A DNA stretch of 57,169 bases, the filler included, from Platydemus manokwari (lineage: Eukaryota): the NCBI GenBank assembly GCA_037951405.1. It is 5 parts of 5 records of this genome, joined end to end, with 100 filler letters (N's around TTAATTAATTAA, not from the genome) between each part and the next. Parts side by side here need not be neighbours in the genome. Positions count along the whole stretch, not along the records: positions 34,690 to 47,604 come from JBBMOY011910274.1; positions 47,705 to 57,169 come from JBBMOY011245652.1; 3 more parts are not named here. One strand, 5' to 3'. How positions within the stretch are numbered: the stretch's first letter is position 1; each line of letters starts with the position of its first letter. The notes under the pieces are model-generated. The model ran no database searches. It was not told the origin of the DNA and worked only from the letters and a program-made list of their open reading frames with translations. This document shows, one piece after another, positions 40,702-51,715 of the stretch. Made by a program: the position numbers and the translations under genes.

Positions 40702-42393
40702 TATACGCACTATTGTTAAGAATAAAGCATTTATTGAGGAAAAAGATCGGTTAGAAATTTGAAATGCATGGAATAAGTGTGTTGGTATTTGATTTGTAAA
40801 ATCAGAGGTCATCTCGCTTAGCTATTTTTACTCATGAAACATTACTTTTTAAGAAGTTAATGGGCTCCAATAATTGATCAATTCAAAAATAATTATTTGT
40901 TTTATTGAATAGTTTGATCTCCATCTTGTGTGTATCAATTGATATTATATTGATATATAATTATCAGATGTTATATCGATTAATAATAAAATATTATTAC
41001 AATCATTATAATATCGATTATTATTAGATTGTTCATTTGTATATTTCCATCTACTAGAGATAATTAAATCGTTTGATTGAATCTGTTTCAAGGAGCCATG
41101 CATATCGTTTTTATCAGTTTTGTACTTTTGTTGATAATTTTGATTCTAAAATAATTGGGTTGGAGCAAGTTGGTGTGAATATAATGATAAAATATAATTA
41201 ATATCGAAATAATACTTTATTATTTCTTGAATGAGATTCCGTCAAACATAAATCAAAAGGTTAAGGTCTTATCACAATAAGAAAGGGTTCGAGCATCCGA
41301 AAAATAAGCAAAAATAATTTGGCCATTGCCAATCAAAAAGATTGACCAATCTAAGTTAAGTTGATGTGGGTTTTCATTTGTAGATGATGTTTAAAATCTT
41401 AATTCAAGAACTTATAGGTGGTTTTCAAGTTTCCCATTCCCACTGACATGTTATGATATTTTTATTCCATTTTTCTACGATAGAGACCAAAAATCACCAA
41501 TCATTGGTTGGTTTCTGAATTTAAAAAGGATTATTTCCGGTTTTCAATCGAGGTTCTTGTAAAGGCTGGTTTGTTTCTGCAATACTTATTAGAGTAATAT
41601 ATATATAATTTGAAATGCTCAGAATTTGTTCCCACATATTCAAGTTGATATTTATCTGAATCTTATTTTGTCGTCCTTCAGAATTTCTATTTTCCTTTTA
41701 ATTTTCAATTTATTTAGAGTTTTATATTATTTCTTGAAGGTGATGAATATATTTCAACAATTAAATGTTCTCTCTACAAATGAATATAACATAACAATAT
41801 TGAATTGATTTCGTTAATAAATTATCATCTGTTATCCCTGTCGAGATGTTACTGAAGGTTTTAACAATATAAAAATATTAACCCAATGAAATAATTAATG
41901 TATTGAAAATGTGAAATATTTTCTTCAATTTCAAACTATCAAATTCACGGATTTAGTCGATATAATAAGCTAAACAACAAAACATTCAATCAAACAGGCC
42001 TATACAAGAAATAGAAAAGAGAAACGAAACCAAAATTGTATTTTCTCGCTTTGGTTGAATTTTATTTTAATAGAGAAAGTAACAGTGGACGATAAAGAGC
42101 TGGATTAAAAAACAATGCCATGCTTACCAGGACAGGAAATATCCGGTTTGATGAGAAAGAGAGATGAGAGAGAGAGAGAAAGAATGAGTGAAAAGAATTG
42201 TTGAGACAGTAAGTCAGCATAAATATTGTGTTGTTTAGTCTCGTTGAGCAACAATCGGGAAATAATTTGTCGGTATGCTATTAATGTAGAGAAATCGACA
42301 AACATTACGAGAGATTTATTGCAGAAATTTAGGTGAATTTTTAGGCAAACATAAAGAAATGAAAATAAGTTTGAAATTTAGTTAATAGGTGGG

Positions 42394-42545
42394 NNNNNNN
42401 NNNNNNNNNNNNNNNNNNNNNNNNNNNNNNNNNNNNNNNNNNNNNNNNNNNNNNNNNNNNNNNNNNNNNNNNNNNNNNNNNNNNNNNNNNNNNNNNNNNN
42501 NNNNNNNNNNNNNNNNNNNNNNNNNNNNNNNNNNNNNNNNNNNNN
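42394..42545. other. Scaffold gap (plain N run)
   Basis: Seen directly; no linker. Confidence 0.95.
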
Positions 42546-43909
42546 TAATATTGGTATTTATTTTAGTCCATAATAATATAACTAATAATAATAGTTATAA
42601 TTATATATCGATAAAAATACTAATAATATCTATAATTATAATTTATATGATTATAATAATTATTATTAAGATTCGTTTGATTTTTATCGATTAAATGAAT
42701 TGTAACGAAAAATTAAGTTTTAGATTGAGATAGGAAATGAATATGAATATTTAAAATCTTCACGGATCAAAAGATCAGAGAAAGAAAAAGGTAGAGAGTA
42801 GAATCTTGGAACATTTTAAGATCATTAAATGGTAGATTAAGAGGTTCAATTCATAAATGACTTGATTGGTAGACGGGAACAATTTTCCCCGCATGGAAAT
42901 CTATCAAAATCAAATCATCATCTCATCAGTCAAAATTAACAAGGCAAAAAACTGGTTAGATTTATCTCACAAATTTTCTACACGTGAGTTTCCTTGCTAA
43001 TTATTGTCTTTAAATCGTTTCAATTTACTCCCGAATCTAATGTGCTTCAAGTGGAAATCTAGAACAAACATGACAGCTGATAATGGAAAATAAGCTGAGT
43101 TAGTGTCAATGTTTGCTTTTATTGATGGCAACAAATGTCTTTACAATCAGGATTTCTGTGTTTTTTATATGACTACTGCTACTACAACAGCAACAACAAC
43201 AACTACTGCTGATACTGATAAATTGTCAGCGACTGAATATTTCATTAAATACTAAGATTTATCTTATGATTGGAAAAATGTTACATATGACATACATTGG
43301 CGACAACATCACTCATTTTATTTTATCTATATGTCGAGTTATAATAAAATTGCTTATAGACAATCATGGTAGTTATAAGAGAGAAATCAAAGATCTCGAT
43401 ACAACTAAAAATATATCGAGATATATAATATATCTTTTATCGTTTTCATTTTTTCGCTGGATATTGTATGTCTGTATTGCTATGAAAGATGTATTTGATG
43501 AATGTTTTCAACCTGTTAACGGCCATATTAATTCCATGAGATGTTAGCAAATTACTGAATCATAAGTTATTTGAAACCAATAATAGAAAGATAAGATTAA
43601 TATCTTACTGTATGATTTAAACAGCGTTTGTGATTCATTTGTCATGAATTATGTATTTCCTTATTTATCATGCAGAAGACAATATTACATCCCTATAAAA
43701 TTGTATCACCAATTGTATCATCAGGAATGACCTACATTATGATCTACATAAACATATATTGTTGCGATTATGATTGAACTTTTTAAATTCATATTATAAA
43801 TTAATTGATATCTAAGACGTCTTTCTCCATTCAATAGTATCAACGAAAATATACTTTACTTACTTAACTCTCATTTATAGACCTTGATATTTGGGTTAGC
43901 CTTCTATGT

Positions 43910-44014
43910 CAGGGGTGGCCAACCGGTCGATCTTGAAGCCAATTTTAGTCCATCGCGTGAGATGTTATTCAAATGAAAAGTCGATCTTACGTACACAAAA
44001 CTTGGCCACTTCTG
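43910..44014. mobile_element. 105-bp hAT (Buster-type) MITE
   Basis: Terminal inverted repeats CAGGGGTGGCCAA and TTGGCCACTTCTG. The flanking 8-mers TTCTATGT and TTCTATAG match at 6/8 with a central TA. Confidence 0.82.
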
Positions 44015-44879
44015 TTCTATAGGACTAAATGTGATGATATTATGTGAGATTATGTTTTGGTTATCAGATGTTATTGTAAACAAATATGGTATTTAGATTA
44101 TTCCATACCATCAGCAATGAAATAAGGTGTTTTTCAACGAAGAAAATAATGTATTGAAGAAGATAATGTAATCTCATTCGACTTTAAATGTCACAATATT
44201 TTCAAATTTTGGCAAAATAAAATTTTCCAGGTATTGCATAAAATTGAATATATTTATTATGAAATAAATATGGAATAAATTTTGTTTATTATTACTTCAA
44301 AATTTCAAGACTCTTCCAATGATTTTGTTGAAGTGCTGGAAATGCTCTTTCAGTAACACTTCAACAAACACAGCTTACACAACAATCCCAATCAAGCAGT
44401 CCACTTTAACAATGAGTGTAAACAAAAATAACATTAAAACAACTCGAATCAAAGTATTAAAAAATAAGAGAAATCTATCGATAAAGCACTTCATTATAAT
44501 ATGTTGAAGAGTAATAAGCGATATTAAAACAAGTTGTTGAAATAGATCGATATTAGTTGACTCGAGAATTGTACATTCTTTAATTATAAGAAATACCCAT
44601 GCCTGCACAGGTTTTGGCATAATGAATCTTGAGTTAATTTCAGTCTTATATTTTATTTATTTTTTATATTCAAATTATACGTTTAATGGCGTATCGATAA
44701 TATTTGTGTTATTAGACATAAATGATTTACTGTGAGGTTTATTTTAAAAGAAACAAAACGATCTTTTAAAAATGCGATAAATAATTAAAATATAGAAGTA
44801 TTGTGATTAGAATGAGAACTTGGTTCTAAAACTATGTTTTGTCCTTTAAAAAAATGAGATTTTAACTGAATTATATAAA

Positions 44880-44987
44880 TAAATCAAACATAGCAGTTAT
44901 AAAAAAATTAAATTAAAAAGTTATCTGATGCGCGAAAATTCATTATTACGAAAGTAGGTCAAAGAGCCCTTTTTCTTAACTTAAGCT
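44880..44987 (+). mobile_element. Merlin-family right end
   Basis: GGTCAAAGAGCCCTTTTTCTTAACTTAAGC matches ~7232-7261. Confidence 0.65.
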
Positions 44988-45160
44988 AAATTTACATAAT
45001 ATCAAAACTATTGTAAAAATTATGTTATAAATAAATAGACCATATTAATATTTATAAATGCGAAGGATCTTGCTAAACAATACTGTTAAACTCTCTGTAT
45101 AAAAATTATTAAAATAAAATCGAAATTTAATTAAAAAGAAAAGATATAACATAAAAATAT

Positions 45161-45756
45161 GGGAATTTTAGTATTTTGATTTAAAAATGTAGACAAATCT
45201 GATGGGACCGATTTTAATTTAAAAATTTTAAAACTGGGTTTAACTCATTAAAAACGAACTGAAAAGTTACGACATCAAATTATGTAATTAAATACATATA
45301 TTTAAACAAATTAATATAATTTTAAATAAAATTAAATTTTAAAATCTTTGATTTTCTTAATTGATATTGTATCGAATGCTCTACATATTTATTTACATAA
45401 AAAACTCTTATTCTTCTATCTTTTTGATATCTTCTCTACATTTTCTTTATATCTTCTTTATAAATTCCCTATATAGTCTCAACACCTTCTCCTTCTTTTC
45501 CACATTTTTCAGTCATTGATGTTCTCAGAGTCGAATCCTGATGCTTGATCACCATGTAAGCCGCTACTATTTTATAAAATACACATTAAAAACGAACTGA
45601 AAAGTCGCGACATCAAATTATGTATCTAAATACATAATTTGATGTCGTAACGTTTCAGTTCGTTTTAAATGAGTTATACCCAGTTTTAAAACTTTAAAAT
45701 TAAAATTGGTCCCATCAGATTTGTCTACATTTTAAAATCAAAATATACAAATTCCC
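45161..45756. repeat. Long inverted repeat (foldback) with an internal hairpin and direct duplication
   Basis: 45161-45286 is the near-exact reverse complement of 45631-45756. 45584-45671 is itself a stem-loop, and 45246-45298 is directly repeated at 45584-45636. Confidence 0.88.
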
Positions 45757-47604
45757 ACGTTTTATTAAATTAAATATTTAAAAAATTAATTCATTTTAAA
45801 TTCTCACGCTGGGTTTTGAAATTTAAAATCGGTTTCATAATAGATATAATAATCAATATATTATTATTCTGATTAAAAATGATTTCTGATTTAAATCTCC
45901 AAGATGACGAAATATTGATTACCAACAAAAGCTTTTACTGATTTATTTGATATATTATCTACCGTTTATAATCAATAAAATGCTATCAATCGTCAACAAT
46001 GTCATCAAGCTAAGAAGGCAAGCATTTGGTGTAGTTGTTATCCATTGGTATTTCGTTAAAATTTTGTATTGAATTTGAATTTAAGACTTGTGATGAAAAA
46101 TATATTCTCAATATTCGATCAGATTTTCCAAAACGATATTCCATCAAAGCATTTAAACAAATACTAAAAAGATATTCTTATCATTGATCTTTGATAGATT
46201 TTAATATAAATATATTGAATATTTAAATATATTTATCATAATTTTATATTCTCCACAATTAGTAAATGGCTAGACAAAGATGAGGCATCTAGTGTTCACC
46301 AAGACGACAAAAGTGGATGTCGAATTTCCACCAGAGATCATTTTTGAAGATCCAGTGACAGTTGAAATTCTCTCAACAAACGTCGTTGGATTTGGCTCAA
46401 GTATTTTGAATATTCTACCAAAAAGGTACTCTCAATTATATAACGCCGAATTTTAAGAAATTATAAAAGCACATTAAGTTTCAAGTTTTCCAGCCGATCG
46501 CCAGATATGCGAGAACTAAGCAGGAAAAGATAAATGAATTATCGAAAAATTTATTTTTATTTTAATAGGACATAGACCAATGATGGTTGCTTATTAGACC
46601 TTATGGGGTTTAAAATTCAATATAATATCGATAAATGTTGACCATTTAATTCCATTTTTATGAGATTTTTCGCTCAAAATAACTTCAAACTTTAGCACAG
46701 GGTGAAATGACCCTTTTAATAGTTGAGAAAACCAATTTTAATTATTGGACATTCTTAAATTGACCTTGTTAAGTTTTCCAATCACGAAGATTTTACAGAA
46801 TTCTCAAAAACATATTGAAAATAAAATTCCGGTTGATTACCAAATGACTTGAAACGTAAATAATTCGAAACCAATTTTTAGATTTCAAAAGATTATTACC
46901 TAAATCTAATGCCACCTAACCAATGATGGATATCTACAAGCGGATTTTTCTCCATAAATATTTTTAATCAATGCCATTGGTTCCGTAAAGGGGTTTAGAT
47001 ATCGAAAATGAAATTTTTGTGAAAATAATCTTGGAAAATTTAGCCCGCACTACAAAAACGAAACACTATCTGAACAAAACGTTTAACCAAATTCAGTATA
47101 TTTCACTATTTATTTTAATTATTATTAATAGCTGTTTATTAAAGCTGTCCTTCATTTATTTATAAATTGGATGCTATTAGAATTCTAGTGAATCACAAAT
47201 AGATTCCATTTATTGTATTGTTCGTGAAATGTTTGTATCGTATAAAAAGTTCAACATTTTTCATCTAATAAAAATCATCGGAAATATTGTCATAACATGA
47301 ATAGAAAGTCATTGGATATCATAAATCTACTCTACAGTTCGATAATTCAATGAGATCTTTGCAGTAATATCGTTGTCTAACTATTGAAAATGTTTCCGAT
47401 TGTCGATAATATTCATTAATATCTTGAAATTACATTTCAAGTTAAGATTGTTGGCACTATCTATGTATCTGTTAGATCTCCAACCAATAATTCGCAATAA
47501 TAAATGATAATAAATACCTATTCATGGTATGATACCAGGTTGAGTCAAAAGTTATTCATGTTTTTATGCAGGTATTTTATTAACACAAATTGTTATAACG
47601 CTGA

Positions 47605-47704
47605 NNNNNNNNNNNNNNNNNNNNNNNNNNNNNNNNNNNNNNNNNNNNTTAATTAATTAANNNNNNNNNNNNNNNNNNNNNNNNNNNNNNNNNNNNNNNN
47701 NNNN
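47605..47704. other. Assembly spacer (44 N + TTAATTAATTAA + 44 N)
   Basis: Seen directly. Confidence 0.97.
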
Positions 47705-48833
47705 AATTTTGTTTTGTTTGTGTTTTGTTTTTTTTTGTTTAGCGAAAAAACCGGAAAGGAATTACCGACACACCTGGTACATTAGCAATGATATTATTGG
47801 CTTCTCAAACATTATGTCAAGAAGATATTGGTGAGGAGATACTTTTTCTATATTAGAGCTTATTAACAAAGATGAAATGATATTTCAGTGATCGCTACTG
47901 ATGATCCGGAAAATATTAAATTGAATGTAGAAATCTTGATTTATATCATTGAAATCTGAATCTTCTGTGGCCGTATTTAATATAAATTATATTCTATATA
48001 TAATCTAATAAATTATGATTATATTGTGAAGGAAAGTGATTCCCAAACTGATCTCAAAGGGGAACCCGGTTGTGATTGTAGACAGTTTGACCGTAAATTC
48101 ATATAGTTCAGAAATATGCTCTTGATACCAATACTCATTAATAATTCTGTAATATCTAATATTGATAATATTTGTCCTACTGCTTATAATAAATACTTTC
48201 ATAATTAACTCGCGTATTCTCAAGCTGTTTAGCTACCATATAGAAATTGACGAAACAATTCATTATTATGTGCGCATTGCTGATTTATTGCTTCTTTTTA
48301 TTTATTTATATTTTATGGAGGCAAATCAAGTTGTGTTCTGATTGAATATATTTCATTCCATCAAATTTATAAGGGTTTTAACTCCTTTTGCTTTAAATTG
48401 TTTTTTCGAGAATATTTTCTGAATTTCTCTTAAATTTCTGGATTAAAAATTTGTATATTCGTGAGGAATTTTAAATATTTAATATTCTTGAATTGTTGAT
48501 CTCAGAATACACTCATAGTGATCGCGTTAATCAAGATCACCTTATTATTTATTTATATGATCAGGTTCTCTATGTCTTATTATTGAGATTTGTCTTTTGA
48601 ATATTTATTTTCAAATAATTATTTTTACATGTCATTACTTATCCAGATTTTGATGAGAATTTTTAATCATTGATCCTGATAAAACTAGATGTTGAAAAAT
48701 TGATTCTGATATTTAAACAAAAATGGTGATTTTACCATAAATATGATTGGTGGGGAAATGAATAAATAAGTTATTCAACAATAATAATAATATTTTATAC
48801 TAACAATTATTTATTATGGATTAATCAATTTAG

Positions 48834-49161
48834 ATTGGGTCATCCAACATCATTCATGTCATCTTATGCTAAAGGAAAAATATCCAAGGATTATCAAGCA
48901 TCAATGAAAACGGTTGAAATGGAAAAAGCACCAAATAATCAAATAGAAACTGTGAGATCAACCGATATCAACGAAATAGGAAATCTTCAATCTATATTAT
49001 ATTATGATCTGAGATTAGAAAATACCATTTATACAGATCAAGAAACATCATACAATCAAAATCAACTCAGTTGGCGACATCAAGTTCAAGCCGATATATA
49101 TGAGCAATTACCGGTTTGTCAAAGCGTTGTTAAAACATTCAGTAATTCTATACCTCAAAAA
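48834..49161 (+). CDS. BIRC6: BIRC6/BRUCE, probable internal exon
   Basis: tttag|LGHPTSFMSS...ILYYDLRLE...SIPQK|gtatgt. It is open and its phase-0 end fits the next exon. Assigned by strand, phase and position rather than by a diagnostic motif. Confidence 0.6.
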
Positions 49162-49689
49162 GTATGTTTTATAACAATAACGAATATAAAACCATCTTAA
49201 GTCATTTATAAATGACTGAAAATTTCATTGTTAAATTGATCGTTTATCTTTATTATTTGGATGATTTATTTCTGAATTCTTAATAATATTGTACTGATTT
49301 ATATTACTATTAATTGTAAATAGTATTTCAACCAATTAAATTAATTTAATTTTTCTTTTATTTTATTTATTTGAATCTGTGCAATATTTAATCGAATAAT
49401 TTTGAATAAATCATTATTTATTTTCATTCTAAATTTTGTCATACCCTACAATAATTTATTGAATGACCAGTAATATGTATTAATGGCTTAATCAATTATT
49501 AACATCATTATTTATTAGTTAAAGTAAAGTTAAATTCAAGAAAAAATTATTATAAAATAATAATAAGTCCACGCTACTGAAAAGTAATAATTTTTCGCAA
49601 AAGTCAACAAATAATTGAAAGACGATTAAAATGTTTTAATAAACAAAAAACTAATTTTATTTATAACTAATGATTAATAAGATAGTCAG

Positions 49690-50100
49690 GGAAACCTGAC
49701 TTAATAAGTTAGAGTCTTTCTCGCGATCGACTCTAAAATCGCTTCTTCGCTTATATTCGTTGCTGATTCCACTGCTGGCCCATAGTCTAATTACAAATGA
49801 CCCGATCTTTTCTGCTTTTCTTTGTTCTGTGTGGAAGTATCATTAGAGGTACGATGCAGAAATGTTTGATTTAATACAATTCATTGCGATTTTATCAGCC
49901 CAAGTTTTTGTCCAATAAGGCCGTTTGTCTTAACCCATGTTCCCATTATTGTAAGTGTGTGCAGTTTCACTTTATAATTGGGTTTTTTCTTCTTAACTTC
50001 ATCTCGGAAAGCTGAATATTTTTCAATATTTTTGTTATTAGTTTCCTCGATTAGTTTGGGGTCCTCCATCGGGCATTTAATGTCCACCAGCATAATCATA
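49690..50100 (-). mobile_element. 5'-truncated RLE-type non-LTR retrotransposon (endonuclease C-terminus and 3' UTR) in a BIRC6 intron
   Basis: LVDIKCPME...NIEKYSAF...VKLHTLTIMGTWVKTN...KLGL matches the RLE tail (D(V/I)KCP.E...KY...G.W...N...LG). Confidence 0.72.
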
Positions 50101-50940
50101 AATTTAGCTAAAATATAGATTAATTGTAATAAACAAATTGAATTAAAATGCATAGACTTTTACCTGAAAATTTCTTATTTAAAATTATCGAAAAAGTAGT
50201 ATTTCTTGATATAAGGGCTGCATCAATTAATTGATTGAAGTTTATTCCTATCGGCAATTGTAGAGGAATAAAATATCTTTTTATAATCCGAATTAATAAA
50301 TGAAATATTTAAAACATATATTTGAATCCATTTTATCCACTCTTAGCGGGCTGAACAGCTCTTATATTAGCAGTTTCATTATTTCCCAAAATCGTTTGTG
50401 TTACTCATTATACAAATTAAAATTATAGTTCAATAATCATTTCTATTTATGTTTGATCAAAATTATTGTATTTTAATAAATAAATATTTCAATAAAATTT
50501 AATTAAATCAATCAACTAATCAGAAATATCGAGATCAAATAAAGTTTCACCATAATAATTATTATTATTCATACCACTCCTCCGTTTTATTAGAATTTAA
50601 GACACAAGTTTTCTTATCATTTATCCATGTCGGCAATTTATAAAAATAATAATAATGATAATATTGACATGCATGTCTACAGAAACCTTTTCCTTCGCTT
50701 TCAGATGATTCTGATTAAAAAAACTTCTTGGAGATTCTTTGTTGTATGGTCGACAGTAAATTTTGACAATAAAATATTATCATTTCTTGATTATATTCTT
50801 CAAGTCATTTGAGAATTAACTTTTTCAACTCTATTATTTATCCATTTATAAATAAATAGATCATTTTCTAAAAATATTATTTACGCATCATGTTAATTTG
50901 AAGCTTTTGTGATATTTATTTAGTTATTATTATTATTTAG

Positions 50941-51074
50941 CTGACGAAACCTCTAGCACTTGCCCACGTTTTCGAGTCACTTGATGAATTACTAGTTGAA
51001 AATCCAACGGAAAAATTTAATATCCAAGAAATCGCATCGTTTGTGTCACATATTTGTCATTTATTGGAAAAAGA
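50941..51074 (+). CDS. BIRC6: BIRC6/BRUCE internal exon (not in the ORF track)
   Basis: tttag|LTKPLALAHVFESLDELLVENPTEKFNIQEIASFVSHICHLLEK(E)|gtttgt. A 62-nt intron then joins in frame to 51137. Confidence 0.65.
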
Positions 51075-51136
51075 GTTTGTTCAAATATGTTTTTGTTTTG
51101 TATTTTTTTTAATATTTCTTTATATCATAAATATAG

Positions 51137-51475
51137 AAATTTACTCATCGAATTTGATTCTTTAAAATTTTCATCAATATCTTTATTATCATTATTGGAG
51201 AAATTGGTACGATTATGTTCCACATCAGGATCGTTATTGCTGAATTATTGTCAACTTGTATGCACTTTGCTCAGTTTACAATCTTCCATAACAGGAGAAA
51301 TTCAATTTTTCAAAACCATATTTCAATTGGCTGATGAACTTGACAACCGGGAAATTATCGAGGAGGTTTTGGATTTGTTTCAAGTTATCGTAACAAAATC
51401 CTTGGAGAACGCCAGGAGCGATTCTAAATTCGTTGATGTATTTCTCGATGTGGTTTATGATATAATCGATAATTG
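51137..51475 (+). CDS. BIRC6: BIRC6/BRUCE internal exon
   Basis: atatag|NLLIEFDSLK...DVVYDIIDN|gtatga. Helical-repeat-like sequence. The phase-2 donor is compatible with the acceptor ending at 51715, but the exact boundary is uncertain. Confidence 0.65.
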
Positions 51476-51715
51476 GTATGATTCGATTATCATTTCTTTC
51501 TTTTATTATGTTTTTAAATCGGCTCTGATAGAAGGGGTGATAGATTTTATTTAATAATTTGATACTCTTTTTATTTAATTTATCATTATCATCACTTAGA
51601 TCATGTAGATCTATCAGGACCAAATTTTATTGGTTTCATATTCTATATTTTATCGGTAACCATAATTTTGACATCATTTTTTATTCATTTATTGTTAATA
51701 ATATGATTTATCAAG

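Noticed and set aside
39863-40812. ORFs of 136, 65, 165 and 111 aa
   Set aside because: They derive from the decayed hAT copy and/or read through N gaps.
47860-48230. Cadherin-like SVIATDDP on the + strand
   Set aside because: The frame is interrupted by stops, and the minus strand (STITTGFPFEISLG) fits a decayed LINE RT better. Neither reading is firm.
51276-51623. 115-aa antisense ORF, plus the small ORFs at 52710, 55759 and 56490
   Set aside because: They are shadow ORFs of BIRC6 exons.
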